From the NCBI GenBank assembly GCA_030523825.1, contig JAUNHU010000003.1:3346-67345 (forward strand): a stretch of 64,000 nt of DNA. The letters run 5' to 3'. Below the pieces are notes generated by a model that saw nothing but the letters and a program-made list of their open reading frames with translations, searched no databases and was not told where the DNA came from. This DNA is from Lautropia sp. Its GTDB lineage: Bacteria > Pseudomonadota > Gammaproteobacteria > Burkholderiales > Burkholderiaceae_E. This document shows, piece by piece, positions 63,576 through 64,000 of this stretch (the first letter of the stretch is position 1; every line of letters starts with the position of its first letter). The position numbers and the translations under genes were made by a program.

Positions 63576-63605
63576 ATTCTATCGCCCGTGCCAACCCAAC
63601 GTCAA
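63576..63605 (-). promoter_or_regulatory. Sigma70 promoter of rplU-rpmA
   Basis: TTGACG-18nt-TAGAAT on the minus strand, about 50 nt upstream of rplU. Confidence 0.65.
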
Positions 63606-63810
63606 CGCGCACCACACCCCGCGCCTCATGCGGAGCGCTCCCTCCGCCCTTGCAGCAAAAATCTCCCCATACCCCGGGCCGCCACGCGCCGGCGCCCCTA
63701 TAATCTTGCTTTTCCAGACAACGCCCGGCCAGCGCGGCACGACGGCAGACACGGGTGCTCCATCACCCGGTGCCCACCGCCGACCCGGCACAGCCAGCAA
63801 CAATCTCATC

Positions 63811-64000
63811 TTGAAGCCCTACGACGCCTACCCGATCATCTACGAGGATCTCGCCGAAGTCGATCGGGTGATCAAGGAACGGCTCGACAGCCCGGTCGCC
63901 CTCATCCGCACCATCGCCACCTACATCATCGGCGCCGGTGGCAAGCGTTTGCGCCCCGTTCTGCTCACCCAGTTCGCCCGTGCGCTGGGCTATGGCAACT
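63811..64000 (+). CDS. ispB: Octaprenyl diphosphate synthase (5' part, truncated by the window)
   Basis: Read by hand from TTG 63811: ...DLAEVDRVIKERLDSPVALIRTIATYIIGAGGKRLRPVL; divergent from rplU, a conserved synteny. Confidence 0.9.
   Translation, partial: MKPYDAYPIIYEDLAEVDRVIKERLDSPVALIRTIATYIIGAGGKRLRPVLLTQFARALGYGN

Overview
High-GC betaproteobacterial chromosome window (Burkholderiales-like; gene order and oral-type accessory genes suggest Lautropia, which is an inference). Housekeeping blocks (pilS-PP0621-ccsA/ffh, proS/rppH, livJHMGF, pepD, cobB, ettA, proB-obgE-rpmA-rplU/ispB) alternate with accessory material. Accessory content includes an anti-Shine-Dalgarno CU-rich small RNA with its own sigma70 promoter, a Cpx-like envelope-stress triad, an OpgC/SGNH pair, and qNOR norB under a perfect FNR-family box. 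It also includes a Phd/VapC toxin-antitoxin cassette bracketed by a duplicated livF 3' end, two uncharacterised large lipoproteins, a Schlafen/AlbA_2-HIT(-AlkB) cluster, and two paralogous lipoprotein S41 proteases flanking a translationally coupled small lipoprotein. No rRNA, tRNA, CRISPR array, transposase or integrase was seen. All assignments come from motif recognition by eye; no searches were run.
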